Below the pieces are notes generated by a model. It made no database searches, was not told the DNA's origin, and saw only the letters and a program-made list of their open reading frames with translations. The position numbers and the translations under genes were made by a program. DNA of 64,000 bases from positions 1,752,907 through 1,816,906 of the forward strand of contig CAVNZM010000001.1 in the NCBI GenBank assembly GCA_963693365.1, read 5' to 3'. Of the stretch, positions 1-33,097 are shown in pieces (the first letter of the stretch is position 1; every line of letters begins with the position of its first letter). The DNA comes from Amoebidium appalachense. Its lineage: Eukaryota; Protista; Ichthyosporea.

Positions 1-857
1 CTTTACAGCTAATCCAACCTCCAACAACAGGATATGCAGTATCCAGATTCTGATTTGTGATCCGGATTTAGGTCGAAACCTGGCGTAGATAATAACCGCT
101 CGTGCCAAACAGACAACACTTTTTTCAGCTGCAGCTTAGTTTATCACGTCACATTGCGCAAGTTTTACGTTGCTCGGAGTGCGCATACTTTGCACGTATA
201 TCGTACCTAGGACTCAGTACTATTTTTTTTGTAGTGACTGTGCAGTGTCCCGTATGTATGTATTTGTATACACTGTAATGATACCATTTGCATATATAAC
301 AACATCAACGTTTCCGGTTGCAAAACCACTATGTATTTAGCACGAAACATGGCCCTTTCGGCCGCAATTGCAGCAATTGCACTCTTTGCCTCCCCCTACA
401 AGCATCCTGTCGGTTCAGACAATCTTGACCGATGTGCAAAAGATTGTCTAATGGTAAAAAAAAGGTTGCCTACAAGTTGGCCGCGAAGAGGAAGAATAGT
501 TGAGGGGGGGCTTGTTTTTATACGACCTACCACACGTGGCCGGCTGTGTGTGGCTGGTCGCAGCCTGCGCTCGGGCTGTCGCAGGCTCACCAGCAAGCTG
601 GCCATGCCGGTGACAACGGACTTTCCGTTTGGCGTCTTTTCCACTTTAACTGTTTTTGGCTATATTGCACTGCCGCCAATTGGCCGAGAGAGAAATGTAA
701 AAAGGTCTCACGACATGAATTTTCATTGGTTTAGACCTTCACACGGCGTTGAACATTTCGCGCATAATCCACCTCCGGAGGTGGATTATAGAAATTGGAG
801 TACAAGCGATGTCCAAGGGGTTTGAAACCCGGCGTACACAGGCCCAGATTGGGCCGT

Positions 858-956
858 CTGTTTGGCATCGCGGAGTTTCAGAAAATCCGCTTTAGCCCTA
901 ACTCCAAAATCGATCTTACTCTGGAGTATTGCCGCTAACTCCGCGTTGCCAAACAG
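858..956. mobile_element. Putative ~100-bp MITE or hairpin element with PIF/Harbinger-Tourist-like ends
   Basis: 20-bp inverted repeats ctgtttggcatcgcggagtt (858-877) and aactccgcgttgccaaacag (937-956), 1 mismatch. The TGTTTGG core resembles Tourist/PIF TIRs. A similar end (gccaaacag) occurs near 104-112. Confidence 0.45.
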
Positions 957-1461
957 GCAAGTTAGCGTTCACAACATTTGAACATGTTCACTTGATTTAC
1001 CGGCATTTTTTGTTTTACTTTTTTTTCTGTCGAGGGAGAGCTGCGTCGATATTTTTTTGTGTAGTAGGACTGAGCGTGTTCTGCCGATGTGGAAGGCGGC
1101 AGTGAACACAGCAGGTTGCTAGGGTTAGCTAGTAATCATTACTCGAGAACGGTTAGTGAAGTTATAACCGTTCATGATCACTACTGCGTTCGACATAGGA
1201 CCTGGCTACTAGATTTTGAATAATGCAGTTTGAAGACGTTCGTATCCAAAGAGTCTCTAACAAACACACCACTCTAGAGTTCGTTGACTTAGTAAGCGCC
1301 AATTTTGTAGAGCATTCCTGAATGTTAGCCTGATTGTCGTAAGATAGATATCAATTTTCAGACGAGGCCCTGTTACAGTAGCCACCGTAGCATTGCTGCA
1401 AGAGACGTCACTATTCAACTGGCAAAGTTATATCTTAGGACAACAGTATTATTGCGTGCAA

Positions 1462-3617
1462 ATGGAAACGGAAAGCAGCCTAACTAGCCCGCCCCCCGGA
1501 GGGGCAGAGACAGCCCCCCCGCGGTCACTCACTCTTCAATGGCAGCCTCCTAATTACGTTCGCACAATACCCTGCCCTGAGCCTGGCTGTGGTCTTATGT
1601 ACAGCACACCTGCGAGTCTAAGAGGCCATCTGAGGCGAGAACATGCAGACAGACTGCTACTTAGTGGGAGTAGTAAACCTAAACCACCACCCCTTAAAAT
1701 TGCTGCTCGACCGACACTCGTGAAACCAAAGGAACCAGTAGCCGCACATGCACAGGGTGCCGGGCCGAGCAATGTTATACGCCCAAACACTCAACCATAC
1801 AGTGCAAGTTTTATTCCATCATCCAAAATGCCAAACCTTCCAAACATGGCCCCACCCACTCAGGCGCAAGCCCCGAACGACAACTCTATTTCGAGCAACA
1901 GCAAGCCACAGCACACATTCTCAGGCCACGGTGAAGGCAGCCAAGCGGGAGTCTCAGAACACGTGCACCTGTCAGAGAAGCCTTCCGGAACCGTCAGCCA
2001 TGTACATTTTGCACCAAATGGGCCGCTACCCCAGTCACCACACTCCGAACTACCCCCCTACACCACAACCACTAGTCCCCATTCCAAATATGAACCTTCT
2101 TATGGGTCGGGCCCACTCACCCCACCAGTGTCGCTGGAGCATGAAACTACTATGCGCACAACCATGTCTGGGCCACTCGGAGGGATGGCTCAACATCAAC
2201 GCATGAGGAGTCAATCACTAGCGTCAATTGTCACCCCTGAATCCCATCGGTGGGAGACTCGTCAGGAGCCTTTTTCTTCCGGCAGTTTAACGGCCACTGC
2301 GAGTTTTGCGAGTCAGCGAACCGAAAATGTTGAAATTCGTTCGGCGCGTGACACGTACGAAACGTCGACAACTTGGCAACATGAACATGAACATGGATCG
2401 GGCAGGGCACAAGAACACCCACGGCTACACAATGGCACATGCAGCTGACCGTTTGCACAGGAGCCAAGAACTTTATCCTCCCGCTTACGACCATCTACCA
2501 CAGGAGCCGGCCAGGACACAGTATTCATGGCAAAGCTATGAGCGATCACAAACACATTCGCAAAGGCAACGTGAACCAGTTTACTACGAGCGCCACAGCG
2601 CACCTCGTTCAGCAGGTATACCCTCTGAATGCATGTTTCGTCCGGAGCGGGGGGATGAGGCGGTGTATCGGTATCCATCTCCTGAGAATGCAAAGAGACG
2701 CAGCTGGCCCACAGCGCGAGAAATACTACACGGGTTTACGCGCACCTGCGCGGTCATGGGACGATTTGGAACGCCGAGAGCTGCCGGGGTTCTTTGCAAA
2801 CTGGCGAGAGCCGTACGGGTAACCGCGGCGACCACGAAGCGCCCGCCCTTACAGCGTTCCTTCGCAAGGCTCGCGTGCAATAAGTCTTTATCGGGAGTAT
2901 CCACCCGAACCTGCTACGAGACCGGGTGAGTATTACTACGAAACGGACCGTGACGCCGTGACGGAGGGCGCACCGCGATGCACATCGCCGACTGCCATTG
3001 CAGAGTATGTCCAGAAAACAGCGCACGGCCTTTTGGAGTTGATTGAAACGTTCAAGGGCCTGCCGTCCAAGCACGAAACCGGGACTATGGTTCGTCGCCC
3101 AAAACCACTGACTCCCCCGGGGTGTGCATATGAACAATCACGCGAACGCAGGCACATCCTTCATGACCCATCCCTAGCACCCCCAACAAGATATTCCTAC
3201 GAGCAATCACACTACGAGGATGGTGATGATATCACCCGCCCAAGTCAACCAATCCTCCCGAGGTATGTCTATGAACGGCGGCGGCGTTCCGAGGAATCCG
3301 TTCGGGACCAACCACGATGGTTCGTTGAGAGGGAACCAGTGACGATGGGTGGTTAGGATGTACACATGAGGAATGGGGGTGACCGGTGGTCAGAGGGGGA
3401 AATGACGTATTCGAATGGTGGGTGGTACCAGTCTAAGCAGATGGACCACGAGGCATATGAAGATTGTGATGTTTATCAGAGTCGCACAGGGAGTTATGCG
3501 TCTAGCCCATGGGAGTGGGAGGGGGAGGAATATGACACTGAATATTCTGGTGCCATCCCGAGAGATGTCGTTCACGAGCGTCAGCAGGTGACTACTTGGT
3601 CTGTGGGCTCTCACTAG
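1462..3617 (+). pseudogene. Disrupted single-C2H2 zinc-finger gene with long low-complexity P/S/R/Y/E-rich tail
   Basis: ATG at 1462 and finger CPEPGCGLMYSTPASLRGHLRREH. Coding-like sequence continues through two apparent frame changes (~2420, ~2720) and in-frame stops TAA 2820-2822 and TAG 3354-3356 to TAG ending at 3617. Short introns cannot be excluded. Confidence 0.5.
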
Positions 3618-3915
3618 ATTGGCTCGTTTTGTGCAGACATGTGATTCGCATGTTACCCACGGCAATGATTAATTAGTACGTAATTTGGTGACCTGCATGT
3701 ATGCATCCTGCCCAAATGTTTTTTGTCCTTTTTTTCTACCGGGCATTCTTAAACTGATTAGTCAATAACTCTAAATAACCGTCAGTTCGAGTTACCATAA
3801 AACCCATATATAACCGTCAGTTCCGCAGGGTTTTACGGTAACTTGCGTACGTGTATAGTATTCGAAAGGCATTGGGTCGGAGGTTACTAACTTATGACTT
3901 CTGCTTGTAGCTGCC

Positions 3916-4114
3916 AGCCATGATAAAAATGAGCTATAAAATTTAATTTTACTTCTCTAGTTTTCATAACCACGAAAGTACCACCTCTACCGAGTGGTTG
4001 TACATATCGAGACTAGCCATGATAAAAATGAACTGTGAAATTTAATTTTACTTCTCTAGTTTTCATAACCACGAAAGTACCATCTCTACCGAGTGGTTGT
4101 ACATATTGAGACTA
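3916..4114. repeat. Tandem duplication, 2 x 99 bp
   Basis: agccatgataaaaatga...gtggttgtacatat(c/t)gagact starts at 3916 and again at 4015, with few substitutions. Confidence 0.9.
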
Positions 4115-4378
4115 AGAATTACCTAGTGGTTTGCTTTCAATATAACACCGAGGAATCTCTGGCGGTTCCAAGCCTGCCCTTTCTGACCGGTACCATATGC
4201 ATACAGTTTATATAAAAAGTGACAGCAGTGAGTCAGATGGCTGCTGTAAGGCTATAACTAAATGAAATGTGTTTATGTTTTGAAGTGCACCGTTTCAACT
4301 GGGAAAGGTTCTTATCACCTCGCTTGTTTGTTTTTTTTGTTTTTTTCGCGGTGCACAATCGAAGCACTCCCCCCCCCC

Positions 4379-4409
<31 letters not shown>

Positions 4410-4756
4410 ACACACACAACGTCCACCCACCCACCCACCACCACCACCACACACACACAGTCACACACACACACGTACATAGTAGATCTAGAAGTAGGTA
4501 TCATAATGTGGCTTGCTCGTCAACACAGGCAAGTGTCTGTGTGTCACACGGGCTACTATGATCTCAGACTGCTATATTATCCGTAATTACTACGTATACG
4601 TGTGATCACTCACACTGTGTGGTGCACGATATGGTATGCGTGACTGTGCCACCGGTACGTCCAGGCCTGACTCACTGCAGGGTTGTGCACGGATGCTTGT
4701 AGCCACGGCCGTACGCGTGTACATGCACACGTGAATACTGCCAGTATGCATGCTTT

Positions 4757-5350
<594 letters not shown>

Positions 5351-6318
5351 GTGTCTCCAACACGGTGTGCGCGTACATTCACTACCTTGTGGTGTCAAGC
5401 GCTACATACTGATTGCGCAAACACATTCCAGCCATTCCGGGGATCTAGCTGGTGTGCGTAGATTGGTGCAAAACGGCTGAATGCAATAAAATAAGAGGCG
5501 ATGATTGGCGCAATCTGTACCAGTGGAACCTCCAAACCTTCTTGTTGGTCAAAACAGTTTGTGAAAATGAATTTTGGTGAATTTGTTTGGAAGAGCTCTA
5601 CAAGCACATTTGTGAGTAATATGTGGAATACAAGCGTAATAAATCTAAATACATATTTAAAAGCCAAATGTGTTTGCTAAAATGCTGCAGTATTTACTTC
5701 TTTCTGTAATTTGCTTGGTGAGAATGAGTATATATGATTTGAGAAGGGTCGTTTCACACCCCAAGCCTGTGATTTCGGGGGACTCTCCAAGCTGCGAGCT
5801 CAGCTAACTCAGCGGCGCTCGGAGTTGTTCTCTGTTTTCTCCGGCGTTGTGTGCGGCGAGTTGTGTTATATTAGTAGTAGTGGTGGGCTTCGTGCAAGCA
5901 TGGTAGTAAACTGAATACAGGCAGACTGGTATATTGCGCTTTTCAGTAGTATAAGGGCATAGTATCCTGCTTTTTGTTAGGGTGGGAAGACTCAAGTAGA
6001 TCTCGAGCCGTCGAAAGACAACTTCAAAGCACACGAGGTATTGAATAATTTGGGAGTCAAAGTGATCGTTTCATGTTTCTAGCCCAGTCTCAGGCTAACG
6101 TGTCAAGTTACTACACGACAGCGTATTTATGTTATTCGACGTGCACGGGGAAGGTCACAAAGCCAAGACCCAATAGTTCAAGAGCAGACGCTGGTCACAA
6201 TTCAAACTAAGGCTGTACACAAAGCGAGGGTTCTCTCTAACTCCACCTCTTCTTTTACTTCTTTGGGCCCCGCGGCCATCAAATATACCCGGGAAAAGGT
6301 TCGGGAATTTACCGAAAG

Positions 6319-26626
<20,308 letters not shown>

Positions 26627-27028
26627 ACATATGACAAATTGCCGTTATTCTTTTATTTAACATTAGATGTGAATGATTATTGGTTGTTTTTAACAGTAAA
26701 CTATTATTGATGATATAGGGTCGTTGTATTGATGTTGTGGTAGCATTTAAGAATTGATAGTTATTGGTGATGACTGATGATTCGCGGGATGTATGAAAGG
26801 TAGATGGTTGGTGAATACGGTGCACTAATAAATCATTAATACAGATGATGAAAATAGTCCTTACGGTGTGTGAAACGCTATTATATATTTATATGAATAC
26901 AATTAGATGGATATGATGAATACAAAACACAGGGACACGCACACACGGGTACACACGCACATGCACACGCACACGCACACGCACACACCAGGCGGGCTAG
27001 TGCACATGCACACGCGAGCGCGCGCGCC

Positions 27029-27097
<69 letters not shown>

Positions 27098-27523
27098 ACA
27101 CACGCACACATGTGCATGTGGGCACGCAGTTGTTTGGCACTTGAATGGCTTGTCAAATTTAATGGCAGGAAACGTCGGTATGATATGACTGTCGTTTCTG
27201 AGGGCTAGGTTAGAGCATGATGGAGACTGTGATGTTCATGGCTTATCCAAATATGGTTAACGGTTGAATATTTAGAATAGTCTGGCTAGCAGAAGAGTAT
27301 TCTAACGAGACCTCTGTAGATTCCGATTCCTTAACTCCATTGTTATTGAAGATATCGATATCATTTAGATACGTCCAAGCCACATATAATACTTGGATCT
27401 ACGAGCATCTATTATTGTGCAATAAAAACTTTAGAGGAATCAGACCCGGCCCCACGTTAACACAAACATTTGGAATATCATAGCTGCTTTGTTTACTTGG
27501 GCAAACGCCAATCATGGGAAATA

Positions 27524-27763
27524 CAAGGGTAGGCTAAATTTAAGATATTCCGAATTTAAGATTATGGCGCTAGAAATTTTTGAAAATTTATGACTCTAGT
27601 GGTCTGGATCCGCCAGTCTAGGAAAATGATTTTTTTCGAATCCCCCGCCTCCTCCCCCCCCCCCCCCCCCCCCCCTGCCCACCGTGCCACCGCCACCACC
27701 ACACACACAAAAACACGTCACACAGTGTCAAACACAACACACACACACACACACACGCATGCG

Positions 27764-27796
<33 letters not shown>

Positions 27797-27899
27797 TAAT
27801 CGACACTCACACACGCACGCGCGCTCACATATATGTACACATGTACAGATATAGACAGATCCCCCCCCCCCCCTGCCCGCCCCTGCCCCCCCTCCCCCC

Positions 27900-27930
<31 letters not shown>

Positions 27931-28268
27931 AAATTAATTTTCCCCTCCCACACATCAGACCATCGACCAGCACATTTCATATGTACTGACAAACTTGCAT
28001 GCTCCCCCCTCCCCCCCCCCCCTCCCCCCGGCCCCCCCAGCCCCCCTTGCGCCTCCCCCCAGCCCTAAACCTTCTCCCCTGAGTCCTGGGGCCTTTTTCT
28101 GGGGTGGTGTGGGAGGTGCGTATTACAGAGAGAGAGAGAAAGAGAGGGGGGGGGGGGGGGGGGGGGGAGAAAGAGAGAGATCTGAGAGAGAGACTCTAGA
28201 GAGAAAGTGTGTGTGTGTGGTGAGTGTTGGCTGGGCGGGAAGGGGGAGGAGGGGAGCAAGGGCAGCGC

Positions 28269-28319
<51 letters not shown>

Positions 28320-29423
28320 TAATGTGTATATGTAAGTGCACTGCATCATATAAATTGCTGCTTTGCCGGATCCGGACATGCACGAGTCAAAGTGTGGGCC
28401 GGCCAATCCTGCATGGCGATATATAATATGCTTGCATCATGATGATGCATTATTTGAAATCCCCTTAAATATCTGTGACGTCTTGTAGCAATAATTTTTC
28501 AAGTCGCACAAGGAGAATCATGACACGGTGCCTTGTTTTCGTTGTCACATACAAAGTTAAAATTTGGGAAGTTGTTGTACGTGCTAATGACGCACACACA
28601 CATACGAACGCACCCTCCAGGAACCCCCCCCCCCCCCCCCCCCCCCCCCTCATCCTTCCCCCCCTACAGACACAAGCGCCCGCAAACAAACACACAAGCA
28701 CGCAATTACACACTCACTCACGTGATCCACACAGTGGCACACACACGAATGGCATACACACCATATGATATACACTATTAAACATAGACAAATCACACAC
28801 ACACAGACCACACACAGAGACATGTACACATGACACACACATGCACATGCACACAAGCCGTGATGTGCCACCTGCACACAAACCGCGACACGAGTACACA
28901 GAACTATTCACACTTACACACAGGCTCTGCACACCAAAAATGCTGCATAGGCGAAAATGCAGCACATATTGAACATAAATGTGGGACCCCCCAAACCCCC
29001 GTCTCTCTAGATTATACTGGATAGAGATCTATGGATAGGAGAGGTATGGTCAACCACCCCCCCCCCCCCCCCCCCCCCCCTTGACCATACCTCTCGGGGG
29101 TCAATTTAAGCCTTGTGCTGGGCTAGGGGTGGCAGGATTACAGATACCGTCCGCGGATAAGAACCCCGCCATTAAGATTTCGCCCCCGGCAAAATCGGTT
29201 ATTTTTAAGATTCTGCCCCCCGGGGTGATCTTATTGGTGGACGGATGAATAAATCATACTGGATGGGTCCCCCGCCATTAAGATTTTGATCCCGACCCCC
29301 CAAAAAATTTAAGATTCCGCCCCCCGGCCACATTTTTGGGGGTTCTTATTCGAGGACGGTATCTGCAAGATTCTAGCCAGCTAGGGCGAAAATCAACGTA
29401 ATCTTAAAATCGGCCTACCCCTG
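27524..29423. mobile_element. Putative 1.9-kb non-autonomous TIR element (Tc1/mariner-like TA flanks)
   Basis: Left end TA|CAAGGGTAGGCTAAATTTAAGAT versus reverse complement of right end TA|CAGGGGTAGGCCGATTTTAAGAT (19/23). No transposase ORF. Confidence 0.5.
29141..29365. mobile_element. 225-bp MITE nested near the right end of the larger element
   Basis: 27-bp TIRs cagataccgtccgcggataagaacccc and ggggttcttattcgaggacggtatctg (2 mismatches), TA on the left, and internal repeats ccccgccattaagattt x2. Confidence 0.65.
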
Positions 29424-30641
29424 TATGTGACTGAAATCTTAACTGAACTAATGGGTACATTAAAACATGTGCCTTGGTCTTAAAATTAATTTGTCTATGT
29501 TTCTGCATGGCTTGTTATAGAATCCAATTTGGATCCAATTATACTATAGTAAAATAGGTGAACCTTCTGTCATTGATTATGAGGGTTGGTGTTGGCTACG
29601 ACCTGAAGTAATATCTGTGTGTTTGTGTACACGTGGTTTAGCGCCGTTTTGCGTGCCATATCACATGTGATTTTTTATTTTTTTTTTTATTTTATCACGT
29701 TTTGTTCCCGGAGGCCTTTTCAGGCCCTCTAGGGAAACTACCGTCTACCACACAGCACCGACAGTACACTAGTTAAGGTGCTATCTATGAGTTCAGCTAA
29801 GCTAAACCATCCTTCACAACCTAACTATAAGTACACACTTTGCCCAGGGCTACTACCCCAGCCACGCCGGCAGGAGGCTCCAGTCCTCCCCTCCATTCAA
29901 AAACCTAGCAATAAACGTTAACCGAGGGCTCTCATTGGTCGATCTACAGTATTGGGAAGTCCTAGGTGTTGTGTATAATATTTACGGTGGGTATGGGTGG
30001 ATGATGGGGTGTGGTGGTGGTGGTGGTGGGGGGTTGCTGCCTAACATTATGTGTTGGTGTACGTATGTTGTGGCGATGTTTTTGTGGACTAAAAGGTGGG
30101 TTTTACAGGGCACACCGGGTCTGTGGGTGTTCCGGCATTCAGAACAGGCCGGCCGGGTCATATCACATGTGATACTAAGTGCATGTGACATGTACAATGG
30201 GACAGTGTGATCATAATCATCATGAGCAAGGATATGGTGTACATATATATACGTGTGTGTGTGCGTGTACACGTATGTTTACGTTGGAGTATTAGTTTGA
30301 TTGCGTGCCAGGGTGACACTGTATGCAATGTCACAGTGTTGGTGTGCATGCAGGTGTAGCACCATCTTTTTTTGACACTGTGGAGGCTGCCGTTAGAGCT
30401 CGGGGCAGGTGGGGTGAGCAAGGAAAGGGTGGGTAGAAGAAGGTATGTATGTGTGTTTATTTGGGGGGGAGGGGAAGGGGTTGGAGGGGGGGGGGGGGGG
30501 GGGGGGGGAGCCTCAGGGGGAGGGGGACTAGATAGGCACCTCAAAGCGGAGGCTACAATAGCCTGTTGTATGATACCATTACGCATGCGCTGAAATGATC
30601 AACAAAAAAACAATGCCAGTCTAGTACGCCCGTGCACAGTG

Positions 30642-30699
<58 letters not shown>

Positions 30700-31891
30700 C
30701 ACACACACACACGCTCGCGCGTACCGCATCCATGTACACTAGTACTCACATCTGCACACATGTACACACACACACACGGTGGCACTGCACAGGATTACAT
30801 GCGCATGCACTTGCAGACACACTGAAACACTCGCACATACATGTCTAGACAAATACAAATTTAAGTGCCGCACACACCCACAGCTGTGTCGCACTAAAAT
30901 TCAGGCATAAGCCGTTAGTACCAGCTTCAGACATTTAGACCCGTACAAACACACACAAACACGCCCACACACGAGACACACGACACACACACACGCACAC
31001 ACACACACACACACATTCACACACACACACACACTCACACACACACATACACACGCACACACACACCACACCACTAATACAACACATTACACGATCAATC
31101 GCCCACCTAGTTCCTAGTGGCACTCCATACAATGCCACAGGTGCCATGCGGCACTGACACACACACTGTGCATGTCACACAGTCTCGCTAAAGCACACAC
31201 ACGCACGTGCACTCTGTCATGCGCAATACATGTAGCCTGATGCACACACACTGCGCATGCGCCATTCAATTTTTGGCGTTCATCGGCACTAAGGTAAGAG
31301 GTTGATAAACTTGTGAGCTATCCCAGAGTGGGACTGATTTTAAGAGGTACACAAGAGGGAGCAAATGGGGGGGAGGGGGGGGAATGACCATGGTGGGGTG
31401 AGGGTGTTTGATGTTTTCAATGATATACTTTGTAAAACAATAATTAAAAAAATGAAGGTATATACTGCCCGCCCTCAGTGATTCCCTAATTATGACAGTT
31501 TGTCAAGTTTTGTTGAGGTTAAACATGACACCAGGCATCTTCATGAGCTGATAATCGTCAATTATTATTTGGGTGACACGGGGGCCAGCCCACGTGCATC
31601 ATACATACCACCAAAAAGCTAATGGGGAATCTAGTCATTTGCAGGGCGCAGAAATCAAAATTTACACATGGGCATACGTCTCCTAATCTTTTACTTCATC
31701 GTAATTATCGACAACAGACATAATTTCACTCACTTTCCAGGCTATTATCTAAAACCTTCACGAAAAAGTAATAGGTTCTCCATTAAATACTGCAGAGAAA
31801 AGGTTTACCACCCCAGTGCGGGGGAAACAGGAACCATTAGCTATTGTGTTAATGGAGGGGGAAAAAAGTCGACACATGAAGGGGTGAAAAT

Positions 31892-33097
31892 CTATGCCCA
31901 CGGGCGCCAGACATTGTCGGTGCCGTGCATTGTCTCGTTATCACCGTACACCTGGCTTTGGTCAATGGGCACATCGTGCGAACCGGCAATAAACTCCGAC
32001 AAAGGCGATCTCTGTGTGCTGCTAGTACCGCTCTCTCTGTGAGCATAGAGAGGCACAGGCGAGTCGATGCGGATGTTGAACGAGTTAAAGGGCGACTGTG
32101 GGCTGCCTGTATACGACGTGGACTGGGACACCGATTCGTGCACATTGAGGAACCCACGTCGTTGCCATGCACTCTGTGGAGGTGTGTGAACACCAGAGTA
32201 GGGGTTGGCAAATGCGTATTGGCACATGGGCTGCTCCTCTTCCACTCTGCCCAGTTCGGCGGCTGCATGATGTTCCGGCGAAACAGGCCACGACCGGGAG
32301 GACAACGGCTCAGTCAGGCCACTCCCGGTGGCCACCAACGGTGCAGAGTAGTCGTGCAGAATGCTGAGCTCAGGCTGTGAGCTAAGCCTCGAGCTGCGGG
32401 GCATTCCCGATGACTTGCATTCTGATTTTGGCGTTTTGGCGCGACCAACGCCACGGATGGCCGGGGTGACGGGCACCAAGTGCTTGGCAACGAAGTGCTT
32501 GTGTAGCCTGGCAATGTAGGGGACATCCGACGAATCGATGTGTGTGCGGACGTGTTGAGTCCACACGTGCCTCTCCATGTTGTTGCGCTTGTTTGTGCGC
32601 CAGCTGCTACATCCGGGGTAGACGCATTTGTACTGGCGCAGGCACGGCCTTTTGCGCTGTGCCTTTTCAGAGCCCCTGTTATCGGACTTTTGATCCAACG
32701 AAAATGTCGGGCTGGTGCACCTACTTTGTGTTTGTCGCACGTTTTCCCCTTCGTTGTCCGAGTTACATGAATTGGAACAGTCGCTGTGGCAGTCGTCTTG
32801 TCCATGCTCGTCCTCCGAATGGCACGCAGTCGAGGGCATGCTAGCACTCCATACCTTCAGGGAACGTTGGTGATGGTGGTGGTGTGCTTTCATTTCGGGG
32901 GATGATGGTGGTGACATGTTCGAGAGACCCCTGTAGCTATACATGTGTGATTCTGATGAACCCATGTTTGATGACATGCTCTGTAACCGCTCAAGCGTGG
33001 ATATTGCCTGAGCTGCAAATTGCTGCTCGAAACTGGCACGAGAGCCCTGATAAGGGTTTTCCAACTGCATTTCCGGATTTGGCAACGTTTTGGGCAT
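31892..33097 (-). CDS. Uninterrupted single C2H2 zinc-finger protein ORF (~400 aa), putative transcription factor
   Basis: Open frame with KRPCLRQYKCVYPGCSSWRTNKRNNMERHVWTQH, S/P-rich flanks and a poly-His run. First ATG at 33097. An acceptor-like ttcttag just upstream could add a 5' exon. Confidence 0.75.
   Translation of the reverse strand: MPKTLPNPEMQLENPYQGSRASFEQQFAAQAISTLERLQSMSSNMGSSESHMYSYRGLSNMSPPSSPEMKAHHHHHQRSLKVWSASMPSTACHSEDEHGQDDCHSDCSNSCNSDNEGENVRQTQSRCTSPTFSLDQKSDNRGSEKAQRKRPCLRQYKCVYPGCSSWRTNKRNNMERHVWTQHVRTHIDSSDVPYIARLHKHFVAKHLVPVTPAIRGVGRAKTPKSECKSSGMPRSSRLSSQPELSILHDYSAPLVATGSGLTEPLSSRSWPVSPEHHAAAELGRVEEEQPMCQYAFANPYSGVHTPPQSAWQRRGFLNVHESVSQSTSYTGSPQSPFNSFNIRIDSPVPLYAHRESGTSSTQRSPLSEFIAGSHDVPIDQSQVYGDNETMHGTDNVWRPWA

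Noticed and set aside
331-825. 164-aa ORF
   Set aside because: No recognisable domain or coding-like composition. It lies among repeat fragments upstream of the zinc-finger gene.
810-840. B-box-like ggtttgaaaccc as a tRNA or SINE
   Set aside because: No A box spacing or cloverleaf could be built.
2820-3356. Alternative genetic code (TAA/TAG=Gln or TGA recoding)
   Set aside because: No in-frame TAA/TAG appears in the many conserved exons or the 400-aa zinc-finger ORF, and TGA terminates the FIP-like gene, MARK and the copia ORF.
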